The notes under the pieces were generated by a model. It did not search any database and was not told the origin of the DNA. It worked only from the letters and a program-made list of their open reading frames with translations. Of a stretch of DNA of 64,000 nucleotides, positions 1 through 14,048 are shown piece by piece. The first letter of the stretch is position 1. Each line of letters starts with the position of its first letter. This DNA comes from Epiperipatus broadwayi (lineage: Eukaryota > Animalia > Onychophora). The translations under genes were made by a program, and so were the position numbers. Where the stretch lies: contig JAQFVV010000010.1 of NCBI GenBank assembly GCA_028023455.1, positions 3,100,001 through 3,164,000 on the forward strand. Direction: 5' to 3'.

Positions 1-559
1 AAAAAATTATTTCACTTTATTGATCCCTTGTGTGGTTGGTGAAGAGATAAAATGGAAGATTTAGAAGATAAAGGTCCATGAATTATGACCCAGTTGCCAT
101 TTCTGGTTCTCAGGCTTCTGCTGACCATTCAAACATTAAATCATTTGATTATTATTACTGAAATGATAGTAAAAAACCATCTCTTTTAGATGATTTTTAT
201 GGCTGAGGTTATTTTCTACATTTCTTTAAAACTTGTTTCTAGGTTGATTACTTTCAATCTTTTCACATAATATATATAAAAAAAGAACCATAAGACCAAA
301 AGCTCTTTTATACTGATTAATTAATCTGATTTTAAATGATATTTGCAAAATATTAAATATTTTAAATGTAAGAATGCTGATAAATAAATTGTTGAAAAGA
401 AATATTTCAATTAAACGTACTTTAAATAAACATAGTCACATGTATATATTAATTAATGAAATACTTTATAAATTATCTTATATGGAAATGAATTCCTATA
501 GATCTAAAACCTTATACAAATAGAAATAAATTCCTAAGATTAATTAATATTATAGATCT

Positions 560-1000
560 AAAAAAAATTACCATATATGGAAATAAATTCCTAAGAGTGT
601 AATTAATTGTATAATTAAAAAGCTAAGGAATTTCATTGTATGATACCAAACTTTAAATAATATGAACTGATTAAAGTCAAAGAATTTACTCCAGAAAAGA
701 TAAAAACAAAAGAAGAGATCATATAAAAAGGTAGAGAAAAAGGAATGCTTGCTTTTTTTGTGGTAATTGTTACTGTTAGTGCATTTGCAAGTAGAAGAGC
801 AGTGAAGATCATCATCAGAGGACTTCATTCCCAGGATCTTGGCTCCTGTAGGTCATTAAGCTGGCTAGTGTTATAAACAGACCGTTTTGGTCTTATTATT
901 ATTTTGAAACGTCTCAAGAGGCTCATTGAGAGTTGTATTATAAAGCCTATAGACAATAATGAAGATAAAGTTAATTAATAGCTTTTCCTTAATTGTAAAA
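560..1000 (+). mobile_element. Diverged solo-LTR-like relic related to the LTRs of the 19.7-25.3 kb Gypsy
   Basis: agcagtgaag...attcccaggatc...ggtcattaagctg (799-866) resembles 24858-24930; boundaries approximate. Confidence 0.35.
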
Positions 1001-1841
1001 ACAGTATTTGCTATTCCATAATTAACCAGTGAATTAAGCTCACTCAAATGCAGACTTTATATTAGTGTTAAAGATCAGTAATTATTTTTCCAAATTGTTA
1101 ATAAATTACTATTGCTAAATATATGTGCTGTTATTCTGTCAAGTTTTATTGTATATTTGTTTGCTGGCCACCCTATCATAGTTGGGGACACAGCAATATT
1201 TACTGTTACTGTTTGAATTAGCTTAGCCAATTAATAATAGCATCAAGTTTCTCTATATTTGAGTTGTCAAGCTAATTCTCTTGCATTTTTAAAGTATAAC
1301 TCAATAGTCTAACTTCAACAGAAAATAAAAATAAAAAATTAAAGTGAAAAACAGTAAGTGATATTTAAAATAAATTTTGTATGATTATTTCAGCTATTAT
1401 GCAAAAATAAATACAATAAAATTTCAATAATTAAATTGTAGTAATATATTTATTTCTACAAATATTGATACAATTTACATTCTAAAAAATATTACTTACT
1501 AAAAATAGCATTATGAGAACAACTATGTCCAGAATGTAACGGAAGTTTATTACTCTAAAAAAAAAAAATAGAATTTAATAAAACATCAGTATTTTAATTA
1601 CATTAAAAGAAAAAAAAAGTTTTTATTTTTTCTATTTTCACACAGTTAAAGAAAAGTTTTGTACTTTACTATAACATATTTCAACCCTCTCCTAAGTAAA
1701 TCACCATTTAATAAATCATTAAATTTTTATAAAAATTAATGTCTTTTTAGCATTCTACTTCTCTAATGTGAGAGATTTTAGTAGAATAGCAATAAATATT
1801 AAAAATAAAACAAAAGAAACAAAAATTAATAATGTTCTCAC

Positions 1842-1979
1842 CTGAAGTAATTCTGCTTTAGATGCATCAGTTGGTGAGCTGTTACACAGATTTTGATGAG
1901 TATGACTGATTTCATGACTGCGATTATGCAAATGGTCAACAGCGTGTGAGATAGCAGGAGCAATCATATTAAAACATTC
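1842..1979 (-). CDS. GPHN: Gephyrin exon 7 (ECFNMIAPAISHAVDHL... end of G domain and linker start)
   Basis: 138 nt, AG/GTGAG flanks, matches ECFQFILPALPHAIDLL. Further exons (E domain) were not found and presumably lie left of the window. Confidence 0.9.
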
Positions 1980-2564
1980 CTAATAGTGATAGTAATCATT
2001 GTGAAAAACAAGTTTTTAAAAGCTAAAATTAATTATTATCAAGAATAATTAAAAAACTTTTTCCTTTTTAATGTTTTAGTAATAAACATTTTTTTTCACA
2101 TACACAATCACATATTGTAAAAGTTAGATCTACAGATTCCTTTTTTATCATCAATATTATCAAAAGATGAAAAAAATTACCAATTAAATAATATACATTT
2201 AGATCTAGCAATATATATGCATATAAATATAAAAATGAGAATAAAAATATATAAAATATAATTTATAATGACTGTAAAAATAATAAACTTAAAAAAAATC
2301 TACAACTTGGCTCCTTTATTTCATCTAGGATCACAATTTCTCACGTCATGGCATACTCTTGTCACTTCAATTTCTTGAGATATTACATATTTTTATCAGT
2401 CTTCTTATGCACATATTTCCATTTCAGTCTCTCTTACAATAAATGTATAGTGCTCTATATCTTTAGGATAATTAGTAATTTTTGATTAACTTGGATGTAA
2501 ATAATCAAATCTTATATGGATAAGTGAGATATAATAAATTAAAATGATTAAATGATTAAATGGT

Positions 2565-3205
2565 TAAATTGGGTCAATGGATTGGATATATTGGTGTGAT
2601 TAGTAGATGTAATATTGATTCGCTACGGGCAGAATCGCTTCATACGCCGCACACTTCCGTTTGCCTATGGAAGGAATTATAAGTCGGATACCGCAGTTCC
2701 TTTCTATGGAGTTTTTGTTTTATGGCTCTTCTTTGCAGATAGATGTAATATTCCTATCTCATAAGAGGCAATTTCTTCTCTTAACCTTTTGTGCTGCCGT
2801 ATTTTATTGCATTGAATACATCGATATATCAGATGAATTGATGCCAGTTTGACTACGAATTTTAGCCTAAGGTTAAATAGGGATAGAATGTTTATTTTCA
2901 AAAGCAAATTTATGTGGTCTATTCATACTCGATCCTAAATAAAAATGCAGTAAATTTAAGTTGTTTATAGACGCTTGCATGGATTGGTTATCGGTTAAGT
3001 ATGTTTTGGGTTTTCATATTTGATCAAAATATATAGACATTCGATAAATAATGATACCTTACGGTGAGTATCTAAAATGTATTTATTCGGATGTCTTTTA
3101 AGTTATTGGTGACAATGCAAGTATCTTATGGTGAATACTATTGGGTTACGTATAAATTTCCCTCCGCAATTGTCAGTAATCAATAATTTTGTATTTTGAT
3201 CGTTT
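2565..3205. repeat. About 640-bp near-identical direct duplicate of 6601-7250
   Basis: Base-by-base match from ggttaaattgggtcaatgg to ttgtttatgtt; no recognisable protein. Confidence 0.9.
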
Positions 3206-3207
3206 AT

Positions 3208-3312
3208 GTTAATAAATTTTATATCTTTCTAAATATCTAAGTCATTGTTTCATTCATTGAATAGAAATAATTTTGATGTAATATAATAAGGTTTCACTTA
3301 CTAGATGATTAA
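3208..3312. repeat. About 100-bp direct repeat (second copy 4081-4175) inside a 1.2-kb insertion that splits the first 640-bp/LTR unit
   Basis: taaattttatat...aaatatctaagtcattgtttcattcattgaa...cacttactagatgatt occurs twice. Confidence 0.8.
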
Positions 3313-4432
3313 TAAAGATAGGCGATAATTATTTATTCCTTAGCTAAATATCTATATATTTATATTAATGCAAGCGTTACGTGTATACCGGCCTTTCGTG
3401 ATATATATATCTTTGTGCTTCATTCACTTTTACTCTAATACAAAAGGTTTGGCAACCTCTTTGGATTTCTTAGATATTGTTCATTCGCTCTAAAGCCAGC
3501 CTATGGCAATTCAATAAAGCGCCTTCTTAGTTGTTTATGACCGACCCTGCCCTTTGCGAAGTCGCATTTCATTAACTGAATTGAGCATCTTCTAGATCTT
3601 AGAATAGATCGTTCCATTGCCCTCATACCTCGCTCTCCCTATTTGTTTTTGTTAAAAGTCTATTAATTCTCCTAAACCATACTTTATGATTATACTAAAT
3701 GATACCCTTTTATATATATTTCATTCGCACTTTCAGATACGACACTTCTGCCTTATTATTATTTCCCAAATTACTTCCTTTATATCAAACCAAATATTAA
3801 TTAAATAAAATTACCCTTATGTCAACGATAAACTTAGTATTGGTCTAATTTTTCTTATTACTAGTGATTCAAATAATTTGTACCTTCTAGCCTATTATTA
3901 AAAATCTAGTATCCCATTGATAAATTATTACATATAAAAGCATTAGATAAAGTATGATTTGTTATTGATGATTAAATATGTTCATTGTATAGTATTGTAA
4001 GGGAGTTAAGTTGTCCAAGGGATAAACCCATTTTATTGACATTAAAAATAACTTCAATCAATATACTCAAGTTGATTTAATAAATTTTATATTTTCAAAT
4101 ATCTAAGTCATTGTTTCATTCATTGAAAAATAATTTTGATGTAATATAACAAGGTTTCACTTACTAGATGATTGAAAACCTAATTATAATACCTAACATA
4201 AGTTCGAATAAGAGTCTTTTTGTGTCACGCTTTGTGACGGGGTAGGAATAAATTAGATCAGTATCATTGGAATTGTTGCTCATAAGTGGGTAGATCTGGA
4301 AAATAAAATAGCAGAGTTCATGAATGTTCCTGACTTATGTATCTTGCAGGATTGGATCAGGTACTTTTGCCTAGATGCTAGATCTTGTTATATGAAAGCA
4401 AAGACCGGTAAGTTTTTTTTTCCCGGTATCTA

Positions 4433-4865
4433 TGTAACGGTCTATATTCAACATGATAAACAAGCTTTCATAAATTTATCTGTGAACTTAATTAAAAGTA
4501 AAATCAGAATATAATAGTAATTAAAGTAAATTAAATAAAATAAGTTAAAAAAATGTTAAATGTTAAAATGTAAAACTAATAAAATAATTTTAAATCTTAT
4601 ATATATGTATAAATAAATATTTGTATGCTAATTACTGGCAGTGGCTTATTTTATTTATTTTTTAATATTGAAATCTAATTAAATAAGATATTATATTATT
4701 TAATTCTGCTATTCACTGAGTAGTGACATGGGCAACGATGGATGAAATATAAAAAAAAAATTTTTTTTTTGACTTACTATCTGCCTACATTATAAATTTT
4801 CTAGGTTCAAATGCCTAGATGGCCCTGTAGTGCAGTTTACGTAAGTCTCATTCTCGATTGTTACA
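4433..4865. mobile_element. LTR-like unit, copy 1
   Basis: Begins TGTAACGG, ends GTTACA; matches 7279-7746 with many single-base gaps. No clear PBS or PPT, orientation unresolved. Confidence 0.6.
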
Positions 4866-5819
4866 ACTGCTTTCCAATTGCGATCTTTAAAAACATATAC
4901 CCTGAGCAAATTTTATCAAAATGAAATATTTTTATCTGTTTACATATAGTCGTATACTTTAAATCTTATAAAAGCACTGCCAGAATGAAATAGACATATA
5001 TTTAAACACTAGAAAGTATAAATAATTTTAAACTGTATTTCATTAAAAGGTTGGATTGATATGTTTTTTTTTGTTGTTGTAATATAAATTATCTTTAATG
5101 TGTATAGGAGAACAGTAAGTTTATGATCAAATGGTGCCTTACGATAGTACCTTTGGGAATTACTTAAGTGTAACCCTATTTATGCATTTATCAGTATAAA
5201 TAAGTTGGTGGTATTTATAATTGTTCTGTAAATATAACGTTTAAATCATTATTTTTAAAAATGTTTATCTCAATGCAACCTTCTTTAAATAAATAATTTA
5301 TAAAATAACTTGCTTGTCATGGTGTGTAAAATAAAGTGTATAAAATAAATAGAATCTTGTGGGGAGGGGTGTAAGAAATGGTCCTTAGGTAAGTGATAGT
5401 AAAATTTTCTTTTTGATATAGTCTTTTTGTAAAATTATTAACCGGATGTTTTGTAAATGTTTCTCAATGTGTACCGTAATTACTAACCCTAAGTAAAATA
5501 TTTTTTTTTTGATCATTTTTTTTTTTAGTAACTTTACTGATATGTAACGACACAGAGTTCGTTACATTGTTTTGTTTTTTTTTATTAAACATGAAAGTAA
5601 ATTAAAAAGTTCGATTTAAAAATTTTCTTTAAGAATTAAAAATTGAAATTAAATATCATCTTAAACTCTTATATATTAATTAAATCGCACAGATAATGAA
5701 AAATTATTAAAATAAAACTTTATTAAAGAAAAAGTATTTTAAAACTAAATTTTAAAAAGATTTGGAAATAAAATTATATCTTTAAATTTATCTTTAAATA
5801 TATCTTTGATTTGGAAAAC

Positions 5820-6470
5820 AGGTTAAATAATCAGAAATGGAAATGATAAATTTAATTAGTCAAATGTAAACCAGCCTTGGGCATTTAAATGTAAAAACAT
5901 AGGTCAGATAGGAAAACAATAAAAACTTTTAGCAAATGAAATAAATCCATTGGGAAATCGGACCTCAACGAAAAGGATCATCACATCGATGACGTAATGT
6001 TAAGCCAATCCTTCGAATACGTATAAAAGGAAAATTTGGAAATTATTAATTAGTGACTAGTGAATATTATTACGATGTGAGAGAGATTGTTAGTGCGAAG
6101 TGAAGGAGAAGGGATTGAAAAGACGCAGATTCAATCCCTTCAGTTTTGCTAGGAAAGAAAGAGAAATGAACTATCGTTTTTCTACATTGAGGACCAGTTA
6201 AAGCAAAAAACCTCCGGATGAATAAATAAATCGGCCAACAGAATACCAATTTTAGGACAGCGTGGGAATTCACGTTCAGGGCAAGCAACGAATAAAGATG
6301 AACTGTTTAAAACCGTAAGAACTTTACAATTAATGAACATTAAGTTAAAAACTTTTCGTATTTAAAATAATTGCATTAGTTTCCTATCTGACTAAAGTAG
6401 TTAAAATGTTATTTGATGTATTTTTTATTTATTTGTTTAAAATCATTTCCATTTATTTAATTTTGTTCTT
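5820..6470. mobile_element. Decayed MITE-like element with imperfect inverted arms
   Basis: aaatggaaatgat versus atcatttccattt and tcagataggaaa versus tttcctatctga. Confidence 0.4.
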
Positions 6471-6600
6471 TAAGTTTATTTATAATTTCTGTTTTCCGTT
6501 AAGTTAAATTATATAAATGTTAAACTTAAGTCGGGCGTGAATGGCTGTATAGATTTGTAAAGTTATATTAGGGGAGGGTAATCTTAGGTTATTTGTTTCG

Positions 6601-7250
6601 TGGTTAAATTGGGTCAATGGATTGGATATATTGGTGTGATTAGTAGATGTAATATTGATTCGCTACGGGAGAATCGCTTCATACGCCGCACACTTCCATT
6701 TGCCTATGGAAGGAATTATAAGTCGGATACCGCAGTTCCTTTCTATGGAGTTTTTTGTTTTATTGCTCTTCTTTGCAGTTAGATGTAATATTCCTATCTC
6801 ATAAGAGGCAATTTCTTCTCTTAACCTTTTGTGCTGCCGTATTTTATTGCATTAAATACATCGATATATCAGATGAATTGATGCCAGTTTGACTACGAAT
6901 TTTAGCCTAAGGTTAAATAGGGATAGAATGTTTATTTTCAAAAGCAAATTTATGTGGTCTATTCATACTCGATCCTAAATAAAAATGCAGTAAATTTAAG
7001 TTGTTTATAGACGCTTGCATGGATTGGTTATCGGTTAAGTATGTTTTGGGTTTTCATATTTGATCAAAATATATAGACATTCGATAAATAATGATACCTT
7101 ACGGTGAGTATCTAAAATGTATTTATTGGATGTCTTTTAAGTTATTGGTGACAATGAAGTATCTTATGGTGAATACTATTGGGTTACGTATAAATTTCCC
7201 TCCGAATTGTCAGTAATCAATAATTTTGTATTTTGATTGTTTATGTTTAC
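6601..7250. repeat. Second copy of the 640-bp repeat, here contiguous with the LTR-like unit
   Basis: Matches 2565-3205. Confidence 0.9.
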
Positions 7251-7278
7251 TTTGAAATGTTTTTGACCGTGAAATCTA

Positions 7279-7746
7279 TGTAACGGTCTATATTCAACAT
7301 GATAAACAAGCTTTCATAAATTTATCTGTGCGAACTTAATTAAAATGTAAAATTAGAATATAATAGTAATTAAATGTAAATTAAAGTCAAAAATCAAAGT
7401 TAAAAATAATGTTAAATGTTAAAATGTAAAACTAATACTAAAATAATTTTAAATCTTATATATATATGTGCATAAATAAATGTTTGTATGCTAATTACTG
7501 GCAGTGGCTTATTTTATTTATTTTTTTAATATTGAAATCTAATTAAATAAGATATTATATTATTTAATCTCTGCTATTCCACTGAGCTAGTGACATGGGC
7601 TAACGATCGGATGCAAAATATAAAAAAAAAAAATTTTTTTTTTTGACTTACATATCTGCCTACATTATAAATTTTTCTAGGTTCAAATGCCTAGATGGCG
7701 CCCTGTAGTGCAGTTTACGTTAAGACCTATTTTCCGGATCGTTACA
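7279..7746. mobile_element. LTR-like unit, copy 2
   Basis: TGTAACG...CGTTACA inverted termini, contains TAGATGGCGC. Confidence 0.6.
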
Positions 7747-9798
7747 ATAATTTATCTTCTTTATTATATTACCATTCAATAAAATATGCTAAAATATATA
7801 TTTTAAAAAATCACAATATCAAGTATTTTCCCTTTATGAATCTTTAGGAAGACTATTGCCCAATTAAAATGAAGGAAAAGAAAAACATCAATAAAAAAAC
7901 ATTGAAAATAAAAATTGTACAATTGATCATTACTAAACAATGAAATATAGATCCTACTTAAATTTATGAAATATTCTCAAATTAATTTCATTCCAACTCT
8001 ACTTCTCTCTATAGAAAGTTTTTCAATCCCTTTTCTTTTTAATTTCAATTTATCAATTTGTAGCTCTATTTACACTAAAAAGATTATCTCTAGGACATAT
8101 TGCTGTTTCAATTGGAAGACATGGCAGAGTATAAAATATATCTTAGAGCTATAATTTGACATACTGTTGAAGTTTTTCAGAAAGAAAAGTTTGCTACAGA
8201 AAAAGTTAAAAGTCAGCATCATAAAATAGCAAATAAACAAAACAATGAGCCAGTGTGTTCTACAAGTGGACATATTTGTGGATCATATATCAGTTTGTAT
8301 AAAACATCACAAAACTCATTTCTAATGTATTTTGTTCTATTTTTTAATCTTTATTTTTTTCTATAACCATATTCATTTGAAAGAGGCTACTGCTATCATT
8401 AATATATTTATTTATATAAATATTTTTAAATGTGTGAATCAAAAAATTTGGTAGTTGTCAATTATTTTTATAATAATTACTTTTTTAAAAATTTCAAGTA
8501 ATAATTATAAATTAAAAACATTTCAATATTCCATAAGAAAGTAATTTATTACCTGCAAGACCAATAATATAGTAAAAAATTAAAGATTAAACATTTCTAA
8601 AGTTATCTTTCAGTGATTGGACTAGGGAAAAGATAAGTAAGTGATTACACAGTAACTTATGAAGATGAATTTATATTCATGTAATGAATTTTAACAATGC
8701 CAGATATGTTATTATAAAATGTACGAGTAAAATTTATAAAAGCTTTAATTTATTGATTTATTTGTTAATGTTAATAAAGCTTTGCTCTTAATACAGTTTT
8801 TGTATTTGTATATATATAAATGTATGATTAATTCAATTTCAAACATTAGCTTTAACAAATTCTCAAAAAATAGTGCAAGGACAAGAAAATATATAAATTA
8901 CCATATAAATAAAAAGAAAAATCAATTATTAAATAGATTATTTCAGCTAAAGATCTCTTCAGTAATCCTCACTCACACTTTATCAATTACCAATTATCTA
9001 GTGGAAAGATTTTGAGCATATTTCATCCATTAGCAATTACTAGTGGATAAGTAACTGGCTTGGCTAAGATCTAGTTTCCAGTAAAAAAAAATTCCTAAGC
9101 ATAAATGAATTGTGGTATAAATTTCCATGATTTCTGAGTTCAGATTTGAATTCCAGATTGAAGAAATGGCAGGTAAATGTGAATAATCCTTATGTCAAAA
9201 CATTCTTCAATTTGACACATACTGATTATTAATTTACAAAGATATTAACTTTTCTCTTTCCTTGTCTTTTGCTAAATAAGATATTTCTATAATATAAAAC
9301 AATAATACAAATATAAATTAAAGAAAGTGCATTTACATAGTCTTTCTCAGATTATTTATAACATTTTTATTTATTTATTTGCTTTTTTAAGAAAATTATT
9401 TTTAAAAAAACATATGATTTTGCCCAATTATAATAATAAAAATTCAAATTTAGTATTTAACATGTTCATACACAAAAGAAAATTTTTAATTGAAGAAATA
9501 AATATCTAATTACAACAAGTATTATCATGTCATAATTTTATAAAATTGATGAAAAGTTTTAAAATATTATAACCCCCTCCACCCATAATGCAACATGCTG
9601 AAATAAATTGTAAATTACTGATTATATTTTATTTATTTATGAAATATGAAAAAGTAAAATAATAATCATTTTAAAATGAAAAATGTTGCACTTTTAATAA
9701 TTTACCTGTAAATATCAATAACACAAAGTTTTACAATAATCACATATAATCAATCACCCTGCATATTAGAATAAGTATATTCAAATTCTTTATTTTAC

Positions 9799-9865
9799 CT
9801 TACTACCTTTAGGACTCCCAGGAAAATTAATTATCAATGTTTGTCCTCTAATTCCACATATGGGC
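9799..9865 (-). CDS. GPHN: Gephyrin exon 6 (PICGIRGQTLIINFPGSPKGSK)
   Basis: 67 nt, AG/GT flanks, matches PVCGIRGKTLIINLPGS. Confidence 0.95.
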
Positions 9866-10164
9866 CTAAATCAATTAAATATATATATATATAAATTATA
9901 ATTACTTTCATTACATAATCAGTAAAATAAATTTCAACATTCTAATTTCAGTGTGTTTAACCTGAAGTTAAATTGAATCTATAGTAAACAAAACACTGAA
10001 AATTTTTTTTTTGCTTTTTGCTTTTAAATTTTATTTAATTCAACAATAATAATATTAAAAATATATATAAAAAATTCATTATACATATATAACTCATTTT
10101 TAACTACTATCAGTTCTCTGAAAAAAATTAGCATTCACCAAATCTATATTTATAAAAGATAAAA

Positions 10165-10725
10165 ACCACTAAACATCACATGATCACCATCTCTTATACT
10201 AGCACATAATTGTTATTAAACAAGGCAAAACTCTCTCCATACAGCAGTGCCACACTGTGCCAACCAGAGTAATCAATGGATGCCAGAAGGTTTGTGCATA
10301 AAATCCCTATCTAGTGTCTACCTATCCAATATCCCCAGACTAGTTTCTGGCTTGTGGCCTTCATCAGTGAGGAGCCTTGGATCTGAGAGCACCACCTAGA
10401 TCTTAGGATCTAATGCAACCCTCCAGCAGTCACTTTTTATCTCTATTTAACTAAAAAACTATGAGAATGAAATTGAAAACACAAAAATATTTTCAATCTA
10501 AGCTCAATAGCACTACTGTATGGAGAGGGTTTTGTCTTGTTTAATAACGATTATGTGCTAGTATAAGAGATGGTGATCATGTGATGTTTAATGTTTAACA
10601 CCAATCCTTCCTAATAGGATAGTGGTGGCTATGGTTGTTAAAGAGCCAAAGACACCAAAATGTATGAGTGCTGAACTGAATTCAGACCCATATGACTATA
10701 TAAGCTATTGAGCTTAGATTAAAAC
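10165..10725 (-). mobile_element. Family H hammerhead repeat (retrozyme-like), with two inverted rearranged pieces (10512-10592, 10597-10725)
   Basis: Matches copies at 15.1, 20.4, 29.7, 40.7 and 52.1 kb; shared end aaacatcacatgatcaccat. Confidence 0.85.
10332..10373 (-). ncRNA. Type I minimal hammerhead motif, family H
   Basis: UCCUCA-CUGAUGA-AGGC cacaa GCCA-GAAA-CUAG-UC-UGGGGA; stem III palindrome ACUAGU; A.A opposition at the base of stem II. Confidence 0.75.
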
Positions 10726-11681
10726 CAGCCTGCTGGTTGAAATATTAAAGTAGTTTTATAGAGAAGTAATTCTGGGTTTTTATTATGTTTTTATTTTTCC
10801 TTTAGTTAGTTCCTATATTTATTATATATATATATATATCAACTTAAAATAAACTTAAACTATATATATATATATATATATTATAATTGAAATAATATTT
10901 TTAACGGTTTAAAAATAATTACAAACAATCCTTAAATCCGCAGAAGTACTTTCGGTTACTTTCTAACCTGCCTCAACTGCCATTAAATTCAAAAACCAAA
11001 AGCGGAAGCAAACGTCATCAATTCAAATTCCACGAATCTTGTATTTTAATGTTAGAAGCTTGTCGATTTATTAAATGCGTTTTATTCCTGTTTATAAAAA
11101 TTGCCTCTTTAATTTTTCTTTTACTATGGTTTCTCTCTTCATGAAGAATTTTCACATTTTCAAAATTAAATTTAAATTTATATTTACATGTTTTTTCGTG
11201 ATCAAAGAAAACTGAAGGAGATATTAAATCACCATTATTTTTATTTTTTACACGCTTATATAACAATTCATGTTCCTTCAATCTTTTCTCAATACTGCAC
11301 CTAGATTCACCTATATATGACAGCATACAATCACTAAAAATTTGATATATGACATTACTTTTTTGCTTGACAGGTATGACATCCTTACAATTATTGACTA
11401 ATTTATTATTATTGTTTGGAACGTAGAATGAAACATTAAAAACATTCTTATAGAAATCCTTAAAAAATTTTTACTTGTGGATTTGAAATAAATGGAATAG
11501 ATATCCATTTTTTACTATTAATCTTCATTTCTTTTAAATTATAATAATTTTTTTTTAAATTGACATAAAGTATTGTTTATTTGTTCCATTTTATAACTAA
11601 CATCAAGCAATTCCTTGGCAAATATCTCAATATTTTTCAGTTTATCACTTTGATAATGACATAATTTTTCATTCAAGTAAT

Positions 11682-14011
11682 TTTAAAAAACAGTGGATCG
11701 TTAAGGAATGGTGGAGACAATGTAAAAAGATTATTAAGCTGAAGTGCAAACTTCGTTTTTTCAAGAATTGTGAAATATTTCAGGTATTCCCGAATTGTTG
11801 TAGCATAAAGTTGAACAGCTGTATAAATTTAATACCAAAATGTTTGGATAAATTAAAATTGATTATTTTAAATAATATTATTAAAAGTTGTAAAAAGGAA
11901 CTTTTTGATATTCCTAAATATTTGAAAGCAATTGAACATTTAATAATTTTAAATGAATGGTGTGTTTGGAACGAATATAAAATTATTTGTGAAAATGGAT
12001 TTAAAGTAATTGAACGTAAATTATATAACAAATTTGAGAAAAAAGTTGATTTTTTATTTAATAAGCGATATCCACATGCTTATAATGATTTAAACTTTGT
12101 TAATTTATCAAATAATAGGATACATTTAATTCAGAAATACGTTTTAAGTCACGGAGCTAAATACGTTGGTGGTATTTGGAATGATTATAATTTGGAACTA
12201 ATTGCAGCTGTTCAAAATTCATTTGAAATGATTTCTGGTAATGATAATTTTGCTAATGATATTATTAAGAAAATTAATTGTAATAAATTTGATACAATAT
12301 CTTATGATAAATCATGGCAATTGGCTATTTCGGAATTTAAACAGAAATTGAGGATTGATGATATGATTTGTTTGAAAGAGGATAAAGGTTTGCATATGTG
12401 CTTGTTGACAAAATGTCAATATATTAATAAAATTAAAATGCAAATGGACAAACTTGGTTTCTTTTTGATTGAAGATTATAATATGGATGGTCAAAGAATA
12501 AAGTTTATTATTTTAAAAAGTGCTAAAAATAAAGTTTTAAATAATAATGTATACTATGTGATATATCCTTCTTGTGCTATATGTCCTCGTATTTTTGCAA
12601 ATATAAAATTACATAAAGAAGGTAATCCTTTGCGAGTTATGATAGATTTTGGTGGTTCCTTCATATATCAGACTTCTAAATATATTGGTAAACTTTTACA
12701 AGACTTTTTAGGATTTGGGGAAAATACTATTGCTTCATCGTTTGACTTTGTAAATAGTATTAAAAATTTAATGATTGATGAAAATGATGTTATTGCTTCA
12801 TTGGATGTTACAGAAATGTATGGATCTATTGATAGAATGAATTCCATAAAAATAATTGAACATGCATTAAAAAGTAAAAATATTTGTAAATATATGATAA
12901 AATTTATCATTGATTCTTTAAACTTTTTTAATGATAACATTGTTGCATCTTTTGAAGGTCAATATTATAAAATGACTAAAGGTTGGCCTATGGGTTTGCC
13001 TGTAGTTGCACAAGTTTGCAATTTCGTTTTATCTACATATGAGAGTAGTATTTTAAATTATTTTTGGAGATATTAAAATTTACAAAAGATATGTAGATGA
13101 TGTTTTTGTTTGTGGAAATACTAATAGTATAAATTTGCTTATAGAGGAATTAAACAAGTTGAATGGCTTGAAATGGACTATTGAACAAGAACAGGACAAT
13201 AAGATTAACTATTTAGATTTAATGATCACAAGAGATAACAGTATATTAAATTATAAACTAATAATTAAGCCACTGCAAAAAAGAGGATATATAAATTGTA
13301 AATCAAAAGTACCAATGATGCATAAGATGGCATGTTTTAAATCTTTTTTGCTTCGGAATGAAAAATTATGTCATTACCAAAGTGATAAACTGAAAAATAT
13401 TGAGATATTTGCCAAAGAATTGCTTGATGTTGGTTATAAAATGGAACAAATAAACAATACTTTATATCAATTTTAAAAAAAATTATTATAATTTAAAAGA
13501 AATGAAGATTAATAGTAAAAAATGGATATCTATTCCATTTATTTCAAATCCACAAGTAAAATTTTTTAAGGATTTATATAAGAATGTTTTTAATGTTTCA
13601 TTCTACGTTCCAAACAATATTAATAAATTAGTCAATAATTGTAAGGATGTCATACCTGTCAAGCAAAAAAGTAATGTCATATATCAAATTTTTAGTGATT
13701 GTATGCTGTCATATATAGGTGAATCTAGGTGCAGTATTGAGAAAAGATTGAAGGAACATGAATTGTTATATAAGCGTGTAAAAAATAAAAATAATGGTGA
13801 TTTAATATCTCCTTCAGTTTTCTTTGATCACGAAAAAACATGTAAATATAAATTTAAATTTAATTTTGAAAATGTGAAAATTCTTCATGAAGAGAGAAAC
13901 CATAGTAAAAGAAAAATTAAAGAGGCAATTTTTATAAACAGGAATAAAACGCATTTAATAAATCGACAAGCTTCTAACATTAAAATACAAGATTCGTGGA
14001 ATTTGAATTGA
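11682..14011 (+). CDS. Penelope-like RT / GIY-YIG endonuclease polyprotein, about 775 aa after correcting two +1 frameshifts
   Basis: LRFFKNC...FP N-terminal motif, PRIFANIKLHKEGNPLR, SLDVTEMY, KGWPMG, RYVDD, YLDL, VIY...SYIGES...RLKEH...EAIFI. Extra T in runs 13061-13065 and 13471-13474. No in-frame ATG at the 5' junction. Confidence 0.9.
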
Positions 14012-14048
14012 TGACGTTTGCTTCCGCTTTTGGTTTTTGAATTTAATG

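Noticed and set aside
812-818. CUGAUGA on the minus strand (also 26657-26663 and 40303-40309)
   Set aside because: No stem II followed by GAAA and no stem I or III; chance heptamers.
2704-2907. RCIQCNKIRQHK as a gag zinc knuckle or GIY-YIG remnant
   Set aside because: Spacing does not fit CX2CX4HX4C or GIY-YIG, and the second copy has a stop in the motif.
8936-8968. CUGAAGA...GAAA on the minus strand
   Set aside because: Stem II does not pair and the flanks pair with each other in a non-hammerhead topology.
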